A DNA stretch of 64,000 nt, taken from Neoechinorhynchus agilis. Lineage: Eukaryota; Animalia; Acanthocephala. Location of the stretch: positions 838,389-902,388 of the forward strand of contig CM121343.1 of NCBI GenBank assembly GCA_051530055.1. Direction: 5' to 3'. How positions within the stretch are numbered: position 1 is the first letter of the stretch; the number at the start of each line of letters is the position of its first letter. This document shows positions 30,030 through 44,500 of this stretch, one piece after another. The notes below the pieces were generated by a model. That model ran no database searches. It worked only from the letters and a program-made list of their open reading frames with translations, and was not told where the DNA came from. The position numbers and the translations under genes were made by a program.

Positions 30030-31010
30030 CGGATTGCGAAATATCTCATGGTCTCGTCTCATCAGTCTCTCCCGCAAACGTTAGCCACAATTCAACTTTT
30101 GCGACAATGATTGATGAGATTTCCCCTTTCGAAATATCTCATTGATATATTTCGAAAGGGAGGAAGCCACATAAGTCACTGCCGAAAATTTTGGGGAGAA
30201 TTCAACGTTTGCGACAATGATTGATGAGGTTTCCTCTTCCGAAATATCTCATTGATATATTCCGAAAAGGCGGAGCCTCGCCAGTTATTGCCTAAAATGC
30301 TAGATGGAATACAACGTTTGCAACAATCATTTATGTGACTGCCCCCTTCCGAAATATCAGAAACTGAGGAAGGTTCATCGGTCACTACCGCAATTGCGAC
30401 AATGATTGATGAGATTTCCCCTTTCGAAATATCTCATTGATATATTTCGAAAGGGAGGAAGCCACAAGTCACTGCCGAAAATTTTGGGGGAATTCAACGT
30501 TTGCGACAATGATTGATGAGATTTCCCCTTTCGAAATATCTCATTGATATATTTCGAAAGGGAGGAAGCCACATAAGTCACTGCCGAAAATGTTAGGCAG
30601 AATTCAACGTTTGCGACAATGATTGATGAGGTTTCCTCTTTCGAAATACCTCATTGATATACTTAGAACGGGAGGAAACCACATCAGTCATTGCCCAAAT
30701 GTTGGGCGGAATTCAACGTTTGCGAAAATTTTGCCCAATAATTGCGGCATTGATTGATATGGCTTCCCTTCTTATATATAAATGAGATATTTCGAAAGGA
30801 GAAGCCTCATCTGTGGCTGCCCAAAATGTTGGGCAGGGTTCAGCGTTTGCAACATTCATTGATGAGATTTTCCCTTTCGTAATATCTCATTTGAATATTT
30901 CAAAAGGCGAATCCTCGTCATTGATTGCAGAAAATGTTGGGCGTAATTCAACATTTTCTACAATCATTGATGAAGCTTCCCCTTTTGAAATATCTCATTT
31001 ATACATATCA
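30030..31010. repeat. Degenerate ~108-bp tandem repeat (~8-9 copies) with an internal palindrome
   Basis: Unit TTCAACGTTTGCGACAATGATTGATGAG...; the best-conserved units contain CCTTTCGAAATAT...ATATTTCGAAAGG; divergence increases toward both ends. Confidence 0.88.
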
Positions 31011-31958
31011 TTCGCAATCTGTGATTATGATCACGACATCTCCAAATCCGTTACCCCGAAGTATTTTCTCTCAATGACTTCTTGGTTCGTTCAAATGACT
31101 CCACAATGTATTTGGGCTTTGTTGGGGTTGAATTAATGCACCAACCGCGATCACTTTTATCATTTTGCGCACGAATGGAATACTCGATGTATGTGGCCTT
31201 CGAAAACCCAAAATTCATTGAGATTATTCATTTTATGGGCCGAATAGATAGCACCGCCACTGAAAAAATAAAAGTAGTCCTCTTTAGAATCAAGTAAAAG
31301 CAGTCTACTGACTGTACACTATATTTCAGAGAACTTATTTAAAAAACTCTTGGATTTAATAAAAATTGACGATGCCTTTCAGTTGGTAAAAAGATATCTC
31401 GTATTCACATATAACGAGTGGTCTTCTTCATCAGTCTTATTGCCAAAGGAACTGGCTTTTATAGACCGTAATTTTCGAAATCACAAGCAGTGCACTTCAG
31501 CTATTTCCTTTTTGTTTCGAAGACGAGCTAAGCTACTAAAACCAGCTCAAATCGGACTTTAATATAAAAGCAAAAACTTATTTAAATACAGTCAGGTGAA
31601 AGGAAGTATTCTCTTGTACTGATTTTGTCGGCAAACTACTGCACCTTTGAGTAATACCGTCGAAAAATGCAGTTGTGTTTGCAAAAGATCGGATGTCTCA
31701 AGTCTCATATTTAACTAGAATTGGAATGAATATTTGCAGGTTTCAATGAAATGTAGCAAGTAGGGTTCAGGGTTTTTTGAAGTACAGAAAAAATGCCGGT
31801 CATGGAGCTAGAAGCGTGACAACTTTAGTCTTGGCGAACGGAATGTTTCTTTAAAGCTGCTGTTGCGAATAACTTTTTAGCATTGCCACTTAATAAATTT
31901 GTCCAAAAACACTATAGAACCTTGACTGGTTTTTCCAATCAGAAACTTAATTTTTACG

Positions 31959-34900
31959 TTAATTCAAATCGTACGCTAGTTTCCTGATTGCTTCTGAGAC
32001 GTCCTTTTTTGTAACTACACGTGAACATTTCTTATCTAGAACATTGATGATTATCAAGATATCCGATAAGGTGAATATTTGTACTCAACTTTTTTCGGCA
32101 TATTTATAAACATTTCGGTCGTTAATCCTTCTCAGTTCCGCCATGCAGTCTAGCATGTTTGTGTCCGGTATCGCCGATTGCAAATCATAATACAAAATTA
32201 TTCGATTATGATGAGTTAGGAAGGCCAAACATGGAAGATTTTTGCCGTCTATGCCATATGTGCCTATAATCCACCATTGGAAATAAACAACAGCGCTAAA
32301 TTGTTGTTGTTGTTGACTTTACCGGCACAGAAATTGGAAATTTTATAATTTAGTGTCATAATATACACACAACGATCAGCACTGAAGATAAAAACTTTGC
32401 CGTCGTGGCCACAAAGTACCACATCGTCTCTTTTATCTTCCTAAAAAGTTTTATATCTCGAGTCAGAGACACAAATACGGAACTTACTTTAATATCGAGC
32501 TTATCAATACCGATTATTGAGGCATCAACTTGTGCACACCAAGATATTTTATTTTTATTCATCAGTGCCAAGAAGCCTGCAATGTCTGCCCATCTAAAGT
32601 CTCATTTCCATTCTTACCGTCGGAAGTTGCAACGACCAAATTGAATGTTTTACTGTTGGCATCCAAGGATAGAGATCCAATGACTTCAGTAAACGCGTTA
32701 TTACCCGTCTGTGCTGACACCGATATTGAAGGATTGTAAAATGTATCGGTAAATGCTAGTAGAAAATATTGACAGTTTAAATTTATTCAAACGAGTACAG
32801 ACTGTTTTGTCTATTTGCCGTTGCCGTGAAATTGAGGGATATAAACGTTCCGCCTGGTTGGGATGCTATAATTTCGCTTGTTCCGGTTTCATTTATGTGC
32901 TCCGTTATTGTGCCAACCTACAACACGCGATGAACTCTCACCTTTAACAGACAAACAAGCAATTTCTCCAAAGAATGGCAAAGTATGGAATCTACTGAAA
33001 TTGAACCGTCATGAATCTGATTGCACTAACGCCGGGCAGAAGACGGTTTAGTTGAATAACATAATTACGAATCTTATAGTTGTGTGCCCGTTTGTCTATC
33101 GATTTCATGCATCTCCGGTCAATGACGAGAAACTGATCGCTTAGCAAGCAAAATGAGCAATAATTTCGAGCTCAGCCTTATCCGAAAAGTAAATGAGTTA
33201 AAAAAAAACCAAGTCGCCTCTATGAATTTACGTAGCTTTAAGACTCACGAATCTGGAGTATCGAAGAATTCAAGTGTTGCATTTCCGGTCAATGATAAAA
33301 AAACTAACCGTTTAGAAAGTTAAATGAGCACCAACTTCGAAGTCGAGACTATGAATTTACGTAGCTTTAAGACTAAAAAAATCTGGAGTATCGAAGAATT
33401 CAAGTCTTGCATTTCCGGTCAATGATAGAAAAACTAACCGTTTAGAAAGTTAAATGAGCACCAACTTCGAAGTCGAGACTATGAATTTACGTAGCTTTAA
33501 GACTAAAAAATCTGGAGTATCGAAGAATTCAAGTCCAAACTCTTAACCTCCGAAGGGCTGCTAAAACAATCAATTGGGGAAGACACATTATCTCTAATTT
33601 TGTTATTCGAATTGGACCAAAAAACAGAAGTATAACTTTTAACCTTTATTCATTGCAATTAAATACAAACTGAAAGCGCAGAATTGGTTTTAAGGGCAGA
33701 TTACGATTTCTCTAATATTCAGACTTCAACATCCGGTGAATTTCAGCCCATTATAGCAATTAATCTTAGCTTGGTTACTGTATAATTTCATGATTCAAGA
33801 TAAAGGCGCATGGAGAAACCATTTTCAAAAGGTTCTGAACGATCACAGGTCCATCCTTAATAAAATATTCCCATGACTGTTTTCAACCATACAAACGTGC
33901 CAGATAACTGGACGATATTATCTAAGCGAACCGTACAAATCCGCGGATGAGCGAGTATTCGATCGAGACAATGGTATAGAGCAAATCTTAATCGATAGAG
34001 AAAGCGCGGAGCAATTCATTTGGTGAAAAATCAATAAGTTTTCAGGAGAACGGAAGTCGAAGTGGAGTAGAATCAATGTATGAATGGGATACAAACAAAT
34101 AATTTACCGCGTTCAGAATAAGGCTGAAATTTAAAATTAATTAGGTTTTGATACGGCGGGCACATAGAAGAAATTCTTAGGTAATTTTATGAATATTCCC
34201 AATTTAATTAACGCGTCATTTCGCTGCGAATGTACACCCTGAATACCCAACAGACCTGACCGTCAAGCGTCCACAGGGCAACTACGCTGAATTTTCCCCG
34301 TACTCTAGGTCCTGCTTTCCCATGTTAATGCTATAATCAGATCGTGATTATGATAACACTTTGCTAACCTTCAGTTTGTACATAACTGAAAATCCTAACA
34401 TGCCTGTCAGCATAAGAAATTATTAGTTCATTATAATCGTTGTTATTGGTATCAACCAGTAATATCATTCGAGCATTCGGTACTAGTAACTGCTTCGCAT
34501 CAGGCACTATGAGTGTGACAGTTTGATTGTCCAGTAAAGTAGTCGCCCGGCAATGAGACTGAGCTGCTTCACCCGCAACAGCTTTAGAATGTTCACTTGT
34601 ATCAGCAGAAACCTCAGTTATCAGCTGATCTGCACTGTGATGTCTATGCCTCCAGATACACTAAACGTTGACACTTAAATTTTACGGTCCAGAAATCCGC
34701 GTAGTGTACCTTAACTGCATGATTGACGATATCTTCGGTCGTTGCTTTGCCTTTTGCCTATTTTTAAACTGCGATCAAATTTTCGGAGCTAGTCATTAAG
34801 GGCATCGTATTTGAATAAGAATACAGCCATAATAAGTGTTCAAGGGAATATCCAGCAAAAACATTTCGCGTCTGCAATTATCTTTAAGGTTACAAATTTA

Positions 34901-36345
34901 TCAAAAAAATCTACTCCCTTCAAATTTTCGACGCCTTGCGTCTTCGTCAGGAAGCTTTTCTTCGGTTATCTGAAAAGGAATCAGAGGAGGGCAACGCTGT
35001 CCGTCAGCTCATCCCTCTTATTGAGCGAGGTATGAGCTGACGGACAGCGTTGCCCTCCTCTGATTCCTTTTCAGGTAACCGAAGAAAAGCTTCATGGCGA
35101 AGACGCAAGGCGTCGAAAATTTGAAGCAATAAACAAATAAAACACCCATTTTCCGTTCAATAATAAATCTGGAATAAAACATGAGGGTGTTGGGAAAAAA
35201 GGCTTTCCATAATAAAAAATCTACTAGAAAGGTCAAGATGATGGCAGACATTATGTCTTATGGAGATGAAAATGTTTGACTGAATTGAGATATTTCGCAA
35301 GAAAAAATCAAGTTACAATTTCGAACACTCAAAGTTCCGATAGGAACGGTGGAACATCATCTCCATTGCCTCGAGGATCCAGAATCTCCTTTCTGAATCG
35401 CTAATTCTCCGATAAAAATAGTTGGTCGCACGAGGTCCCTTATTTTGTAACCAAAATTTTTTCAACCTTTGTTTAAATATCTGCGGTTCTTGGTGCAACC
35501 TCACCAATTGTCTCAATGACGAGAGGTTGGAAAATGTAGAGCGACGAATCAAGTCATTTATACTTCTCCCTTCGTTGGTTTTCTGCCCTTTTCGCTACTT
35601 CACCGGCTCCTGAAACTGGATGCGACAAGTTGCTCTTAGCAATCGTATGAAAGCCTCGCATCGTGAATTCATTCCTACTCTATCATCCCGAAGGATTTTT
35701 CCTTGACGATTATGTTTCATTTTTTAAAAACGAAAATAATCTTAAATAAAGAAATTTTGAGCTCTGAATAGAATTTCACGTATTCCACCCAACACGACGC
35801 TTAAAGCGTTCAGACGGAAATTATGGTTTTGTGAATTGGTAGGCAGATAAGTCAAAAATGTTTTCTATTTACTATGCAGTAAGCAAAGAAGCTATGAAGT
35901 AAGGTATAGTGTCGAATCACTCGATGCACATAGTTGAAATAATTACAAAAGCAGTTTGCGGATTACAGTCGAAATTATTTTGGTCACTTTCGGATCCCAC
36001 AAGTGTTTTGGTCTCGATTTTCCCAATTTAATACAAGATAATCGTCTTCTTAGCATAAATTGAAACAATAGAACTCTACAGGGTGCTGAATACAAACGAA
36101 TACATCCCTTCAAATATCTTGGTAATTATGAATGATCCATCAGGCAGCAACGGACGGGAAATTTGAAAATGTGTACCATACGTAAATAACCAACAATAAG
36201 TAGAGCGGTAAGTTATTTCGATAAAACCTACCATTTTCTTAGGAGACTTGTGTCGAAACAAGTACAGCCATCCTTCAGAATTAACCACAAATAAACATTT
36301 TCGACTTTCAAAGTGACCAATGGATCCATATGTCATGGCCGATAT
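31959..36345 (-). CDS. ITFG2: KICSTOR subunit ITFG2 ortholog, multi-exon, 5' end unresolved
   Basis: Ordered exons read CLFVVNSEGWLYLF (36345-36232), KQLLVPNARMILLVDTNNNDYNELIISYADRHVRIF (~34500-34380), VALWTLDGQ|VGTI...EIIASQPGG, VATSDG|FLALM...ISWCAQVDASIIGIDKLDI and DDVVLCGHDG...NFCAG...PCLAFLT, with stop at 31959; the joins I could trace are GT-AG. Confidence 0.82.
33031..34010. repeat. Dispersed repeat copy B, inside an ITFG2 intron
   Basis: Same orientation, same start (GCCGGG(A)CAGAAGACGGTTTAGTTGAA) and same tail as 27300-28500, with fewer subrepeats. Confidence 0.92.
34918..35126. repeat. 209-bp near-perfect inverted repeat (95-bp arms, 19-nt loop) in an ITFG2 intron
   Basis: 34918-35012 is the reverse complement of 35032-35126 with 3 mismatches. 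Confidence 0.97.
35345..35545 (-). mobile_element. Highly decayed GIY-YIG/Penelope-like relic; related copy at 37455-37591
   Basis: Shares 18-, 21- and 15-bp blocks with 37455-37591; broken translation LYIF...IGE...KQRLKK...ILEAMEM resembles Penelope endonuclease motifs. Confidence 0.35.
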
Positions 36346-38556
36346 CTAAAAACATATCTTGAACGTACTACCTACGTTCCACAATCACATTGGATGCATA
36401 AATTTTGATCAACAATACTTGTCACATTTGATGAAACTCTGCTTCGATGATGTTAGACCGATTTTCAAAAGTAATGCTTGCTAAAAAAGTAAGACTTTCT
36501 GACAAGCGTAAACACTTAACAATCGCGGGATAGAAATAATTCCTTTGTTAACTTTAGAGTAGTAACATTTAGTTTAGTTATTAAAATTTAAAAACTTGTT
36601 GTATTATCCACGGCTTCGACATGTTAGGAAAGCGTTGGTCTGCGTCCGTACGGATGTGTACATCCCTCTGACTACTCAGATAAAATCTCCTGGCGGCGGA
36701 ATTCATCAGTGAGTTTCCTTCCTCTTGCGGTATTTCGTACCCTTTGAGGGATTAGGAACTTTAGTCCTGTGGAGAACCTCGGCACAACTATGGAATGTAA
36801 TTAAATTCGCCACTTTTCCTGAGATCAGCTTAGGTTTTTATTTAGCGTCTGCTCAGCTTAGTCGGATGAGTTTATTCAAATTTTTTACCCAGCTGAATTT
36901 GAGCATACAGCCCACCGATTTATTTGAGGATCCGGAGATAAAGGTATTTAACACAGATCAGCGCTTCCTTGGCCAAATCAGCCGAGTAAAGGATTTGAGT
37001 AACATCAAATATATACTTCAAAATGTAACCGGCTGAGCCACACATATGCTAAAAAGTCGACTATCTCTTCGATTGTTTCCGTTCGATATTTTCTATAAAT
37101 GTTTGTAAATGAACCATCAAGTGTGTCTCGATCCAATTTCTGGAAAACTGGTTCTACTGATTAAATCATTTTTAGTGACCATCCCATGTTGCTATACTCG
37201 TATTAAATAAAAACCCAAGATCCAAATGGGGTCTCGACTATCCGGATGTTGAAATTTTAATTGCAAAATCCACACAAAAGAGAACCGTGATGTTAACAGT
37301 AAAAAGAGCATTTGTTGTCAAAAACTTGACATTTTACAGCGTTACTGATTAACTAAATTTCAATTATATTTGTGACATAGGCAGTAGCCATTTTTGTACT
37401 TCTTCACATCAATAGGAACTCGATTTTTCGCTAGCAAACCACGATGGTGATGGAGGAACATCTTTATCCTCCATTGCCTCGAGGATGGATATTGTTGCGA
37501 CCTACCATTTTCCAAAAATAAAAACTCTGAGACGCTTGATGAAACCTCACCAATTGTCTCAATCGCGAAATGCTTTTAAAATGTAGAGCGACAGATGGAG
37601 GCATTCGCATTTCTGAAACTGCAAGGGACGATTTTCTCTGTATTCGGAGAGGTGAAGTCCCAAGGAGACGGACTATTTCCAAGGAAATTACTTCCTTTCC
37701 TGTGATTTCTGCTTTAATCGACCAAATTCCATTTTTCTTCTTGAATTTCCACTTAGAAAATAATCAATACAGTCCAAACTGAGTAAATCTATAAAAATTG
37801 CCATCACATAACACTTTAGATAATCGGACTAAAAGCATCCAAATGTGACAATTGTTGTAGAACGCGGAAGCAGTATACGATTAAGAAATACAAACTGTGC
37901 CTAATCCTTCTGCAATACGCCATGCCGTCGTCATTGGATGCTTGTATATACTTAAGATTCCGTCCATGGTACCAACAATCAATTCGTTCAGCTAAATCGC
38001 AAAAAGGAAATTCCAGTAGGCGCAATCGATTCTCACCGTGTCGCTATCATAATCCGCGAAGCAATGAGCATGCCGCAAGGTGCCTCCTTTTGACTCAAGG
38101 ACTATTCGTCTTGTGGGACCGATTGGTCGCATCTAAAACGTATAACTCCCAGAATCCCCAAATGGAACTCAACTGTTCTTCACGTCAATGTCGGATTACG
38201 AGAATTCGTCCTTGTATTTGTCGGATCCGACCGAATACTTATTATGGAGTATTTCTACACGCAATATTGGGCAATAAGGAAAAGCCGCAGGTTCAAAATT
38301 TGTTCAGTGAGTCCAGCTAGGAAAAGTCTTTGTTGTAGCTAAGATCTCATATTTTGCAAATTGTCTCCAACGAAAGGGGTAAAACACCGCCGGTACCATG
38401 TTCACTTTTGAACTTATAAAAACCACCGCGCAAAATGGCAATCTTAATAAGACAAGGAAGATATTTCCTTCCAACCTGCATCCACGGCAAAATGTTGGCA
38501 TCGTTAATTTCAACTTGTCATATCGAGAAAATCCATCGGGATCGTAAATTTTGACT

Positions 38557-41500
38557 GCTGATTATCTTAACAACAAATTCAACATTGTAGCTCTGTTGGA
38601 TGGTGTTGAACATAATCCAGGTTCAAGATTCCATTATTATTACGAAATATCGTGGAAATAAGACACAATTAAACAATGACTAAAGTGAGGCTTCTACTTT
38701 CGAAACATTTCCTAATAAAGGAATCCTTAACCGGCATTATCTTAACAACAAATTCAACATTGTAGCTTTGTTGGATGGTGTTGAACATAATCCAGGTTCA
38801 AGATTCCATTATTATTATGAAATATCGTGGCAATAAGACACAATTAAACAATGACTAAAGAAGTGACACTTCTACTTTCGAAACATTTCCTAATAATAAA
38901 GGAATCCTTAACCGGGCTGATTATCTTAACAACAAATTCAACATTGTAGCTTTGTTGGATGGTGTTGAACATAATCCAGGTTCAAGATTCCATTATTATT
39001 ATGAAATATCGTGGCAATAAGACACAATTAAACAATGACTAAAGAAGTGAGGCTTCTACTTTCGAAACATTTCCTAATAAAGGAATCCTTAACCGGGCTG
39101 ATTATCTTAACAACAAATTCAACATTGTAGCTTTGTTGGATGGTGTTGAACATAATCCAGGTTCAAGATTCCATTATTATTATGAAATATCGTGGCAATA
39201 AGACACAATTAAACAATGACTAAAGAAGTGACGCTTCTACTTTCGAAACATTTCCTAATAAAGGAATCCTTAACCGGGCTGATTATCTTAACAACAAATT
39301 CAACATTGTAGCTTTGTTGGATGGTGTTGAACATAATCCAGGTTCAAGATTCCATTATTATTATGAAATATCGTGGCAATAAGACACAATTAAACAATGA
39401 CTAAAGAAGTGACGCTTCTACTTTCGAAACATTTCCTAATAAAGGAATCCTTAACCGGGCTGATTATCTTAACAACAAATTCAACATTGTAGCTTTGTTG
39501 GATGGTGTTGAACATAATCCAGGTTCAAGATTCCATTATTATTATGAAATATCGTGGCAATAAGACACAATTAAACAATGACTAAAGAAGTGAGGCTTCT
39601 ACTTTCGAAACATTTCCTAATAAAGGAATCCTTAACCGGGCTGATTATCTTAACAACAAATTCAACATTGTAGCTTTGTTGGATGGTGTTGAACATAATC
39701 CAGGTTCAAGATTCCATTATTATTATGAAATATCGTGGCAATAAGACACAATTAAACAATGACTAAAGAAGTGAGGCTTCTACTTTCGAAACATTTCCTA
39801 ATAAAGGAATCCTTAACCGGGCTGATTATCTTAACAACAAATTCAACATTGTAGCTTTGTTGGATGGTGTTGAACATAATCCAGGTTCAAGATTCCATTA
39901 TTATTATGAAATATCGTGGCAATAAGACACAATTAAACAATGACTAAAGAAGTGACGCTTCTACTTTCGAAACATTTCCTAATAAAGGAATCCTTAACCG
40001 GGCTGATTATCTTAACAACAAATTCAACATTGTAGCTTTGTTGGATGGTGTTGAACATAATCCAGGTTCAAGATTCCATTATTATTATGAAATATCGTGG
40101 CAATAAGACACAATTAAACAATGACTAAAGAAGTGACGCTTCTACTTTCGAAACATTTCCTAATAATAAAGGAATCCTTAACCGGGCTGATTATCTTAAC
40201 AACAAATTCAACATTGTAGCTTTGTTGGATGGTGTTGAACATAATCCAGGTTCAAGATTCCATTATTATTATGAAATATCGTGGCAATAAGACACAATTA
40301 AACAATGACTAAAGAAGTGAGGCTTCTACTTTCGAAACATTTCCTAAATAAAGGAATCCTTAACCGGGCTGATTATCTTAACAACAAATTCAACATTGTA
40401 GCTTTGTTGGATGGTGTTGAACATAATCCAGGTTCAAGATTCCATTATTATTATGAAATATCGTGGCAATAAGACACAATTAAACAATGACTAAAGAAGT
40501 GAGGCTTCTACTTTCGAAACATTTCCTAATAAAGGAATCCTTAACCGGGCTGATTATCTTAACAACAAATTCAACATTGTAGCTTTGTTGGATGGTGTTG
40601 AACATAATCCAGGTTCAAGATTCCATTATTATTATGAAATATCGTGGCAATAAGACACAATTAAACAATGACTAAAGAAGTGACGCTTCTACTTTCGAAA
40701 CATTTCCTAATAAAGGAATCCTTAACCGGGCTGATTATCTTAACAACAAATTCAACATTGTAGCTTTGTTGGATGGTGTTGAACATAATCCAGGTTCAAG
40801 ATTCCATTATTATTATGAAATATCGTGGCAATAAGACACAATTAAACAATGACTAAAGAAGTGACGCTTCTACTTTCGAAACATTTCCTAATAATAAAGA
40901 AACTAAAGTGACATCCTTAACCGGGCTGATTATCTTAACAACAAATTCAACATTGTAGCTTTGTTGGATGGTGTTGAACATAATCCAGGTTCAAGATTCC
41001 ATTATTATTATGAAATATCGTGGCAATAAGACACAATTAAACAATGACTAAAGAAGTGACGCTTCTACTTTCGAAACATTTCCTAATAAAGGAATCCTTA
41101 ACCGGGCTGATTATCTTAACAACAAATTCAACATTGTAGCTTTGTTGGATGGTGTTGAACATAATCCAGGTTCAAGATTCCATTATTATTATGAAATATC
41201 GTGGCAATAAGACACAATTAAACAATGACTAAAGAAGTGAGGCTTCTACTTTCGAAACATTTAATAAAGGAATCCTTAACCGGGCTGATTATCTTAACAA
41301 CAAATTCAACATTGTAGCTTTGTTGGATGGTGTTGAACATAATCCAGGTTCAAGATTCCATTATTATTATGAAATATCGTGGCAATAAGACACAATTAAA
41401 CAATGACTAAAGAAGTGAGGCTTCTACTTTCGAAACATTTCCTAATAAAGGAATCCTTAACCGGGCTGATTATCTTAACAACAAATTCAACATTGTAGCT

Positions 41501-44500
41501 TTGTTGGATGGTGTTGAACATAATCCAGGTTCAAGATTCCATTATTATTATGAAATATCGTGGCAATAAGACACAATTAAACAATGACTAAAGAAGTGAC
41601 GCTTCTACTTTCGAAACATTTCCCATTAATTATGAAATATCGTGGCAATAAGACACAATAAAGGAATCCTTAACCGGGCTGATTATCTTAACAACAAATT
41701 CAACATTGTAGCTTTGTTGGATGGTGTTGAACATAATCCAGGTTCAAGATTCCATTATTATTATGAAATATCGTGGCAATAAGACACAATTAAACAATGA
41801 CTAAAGAAGTGAGGCTTCTACTTTCGAAACATTTCCTAATAAAGGAATCCTTAACCGGGCTGATTATCTTAACAACAAATTCAACATTGTAGCTTTGTTG
41901 GATGGTGTTGAACATAATCCAGGTTCAAGATTCCATTATTATTATGAAATATCGTGGCAATAAGACACAATTAAACAATGACTAAAGAAGTGAGGCTTCT
42001 ACTTTCGAAACATTTCCTAATAAAGGAATCCTTAACCGGGCTGATTATCTTAACAACAAATTCAACATTGTAGCTTTGTTGGATGGTGTTGAACATAATC
42101 CAGGTTCAAGATTCCATTATTATTATGAAATATCGTGGCAATAAGACACAATTAAACAATGACTAAAGAAGTGAGGCTTCTACTTTCGAAACATTTCGAA
42201 AACCGGGCTGATTTCTTAACTTCAACATTGTAATGGTGTTGAACATAATCCAGGTTCAATCCATTATTACCGGACACAATTAAACAATGACTGATTAAAC
42301 ATCTTAACCTTAACCGGGCTGATTATCTTAACAACAAATTCAACATTGTAGCTTTGTTGGATGGTGTTGAACATAATCCAGGTTCAAGATTCCATTATTA
42401 TTATGAAATATCGTGGCAATAAGACACAATTAAACAATGACTAAAGAAGTGAGGCTTCTACTTTTTGAAACATTTCCTAATAAAGGAATCCTTAACCGGG
42501 CTGATTATCTTAACAACAAATTCAACATTGTAGCTTTGTTGGATGGTGTTGAACATAATCCAGGTTCAAGATTCCATTATTATTACGAAATATCGTGGCA
42601 ATAAGACACAATTAAACAATGACTAAAGAAGTGAGGCTTCTACTTTCGAAACATTTCCTAATAAAGGAATCCTTAACCGGGCTGATTATCTTAACAACAA
42701 ATTCAACATTGTAGCTTTGTTGGATGGTGTTGAACATAATCCAGGTTCAAGATTCCATTATTATTATGAAATATCGTGGCAATAAGACACAATTAAACAA
42801 TGACTAAAGAAGTGACTTTCGGCTTCTTACTTTCGAAACATTTCCTAATAAAGGAATCCTTAACCGGGCTGATTATCTTAACAACAAATTCAACATTGTA
42901 GCTTTGTTGGATGGTGTTGAACATAATCCAGGTTCAAGATTCCATTATTATTATGAAATATCGTGGCAAATAAGACACAATTAAACAATAACTAAAGTGA
43001 GGCTTCTACTTTCGAAACATTTCCTAATAAAGGAATCCTTAACCGGGCTGATTATCTTAACAACAAATTCAACATTGTAGCTCTGTTGGATGGTGTTGAA
43101 CATAATCCAGGTTCAAGATTCCATTATTATTACGAAATATCGTGGAAATAAGACACAACTAAACAATGACTAAAGTGAGGCTTCTACTTTTGAAACATTT
43201 CCAGATTAAGGAATCCTTAACCGGGCTGATTATCTTAACAACAAATTCAACATTGTAGCTTTGTTGGATGGTGTTGAACATAATCCAGGTTAAAGATTCC
43301 ATTATTATTATGAAATATCGTGGCAATAAGACACAATTAAACAATGACTAAAGAAGTGAGGCTTCTACTTTCGAAACATTTCCTAATAATAAAGGAATCC
43401 TTAACCGGGCTGATTATCTTAACGACAAATTCAACATTGTAGCTTTGTTGAATGGTGTTGAACATAATCCAGGTTGAAGATTCCATTATTATTATGAAAT
43501 ATCGTGGCAATAAGACACAATTAAACAATGACTAAAGAAGTGACGCTTCTACTTTCGAAACATTTAATAATAAAGGAATCCTTCACCGGGCTGATTATCT
43601 TAACGACAAATTAAACATTGTAGCTTTGTTGAATGGTGTTGAACATAATCCAGGTTCAAGATTCCAGTATTATTATGAAATATCGTGGCAATAAGACACA
43701 ATTAAACAATGACTAAAGAAGTGACGCTTCTACTTTCGAAACATTTCCTAATAATAAAGGAATCCTTAACCGGGCTGATTATCTTAACAACAAATTCAAC
43801 ATTGTAGCTTTGTTGGATGGTGTTGAACATAATCCAGGTTCAAGATTCCATTATTATTATGAAATATCGTGGCAATAAGAAACAATTAAACAATGACTAA
43901 AGAAGCGACACTTCGACTTTCGAAATATTTAGTAATAATAAAGGAATTTCTTTAACCGGGCTGATTATCTTAACAACAAATTCAACATTGTAGCTTTGTT
44001 GGATGGTGTTGAACATAATCCAGGTTCAAGATTCCATTATTATTATGAAATATCGTGGAAATAAGACACAATTAAACAATGACTAAAGAAGTGACACTTC
44101 GACTTTCGAAACATTTCCTAATAATAAAGGAATCCTTAACCGGGCTGATTATCTTAACAACAAATTCAACATTGTAGCTTTGTTGAATGATGTTGAACAT
44201 AATCCAGGTTCAAGATTCCATTATTATTATGAAATATCGTGGCAATAAGACACAATTAAACAATGACTAAAGAAGTGACGCTTCTACTTTCGAAACATTT
44301 CCTAATAAAGGAATCCTTTACCGGGCTGATTATCTTAAAAACAAATTCAACATTGTAGCTTTGTTGGATGGTGTTGAACATAATCCAGGTTCAAGATTCC
44401 ATTATTATTATGAAATATCGTGGCAATAAGACACAATTAAACAATGACTAAAGAAGTGACGCTTCTACTTTCGAAACATTTCCCAATAAAGGAATCCTTA

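Noticed and set aside
32405-32947. Plus-strand ORFs with a DTDI/GC motif resembling a transposon nuclease
   Set aside because: They are the antisense shadow of ITFG2 exons.
36346-36480. Apparent one-base-offset junction at the ITFG2 5' end
   Set aside because: The upstream exon frame is not established and an alternative canonical donor exists near 36595.
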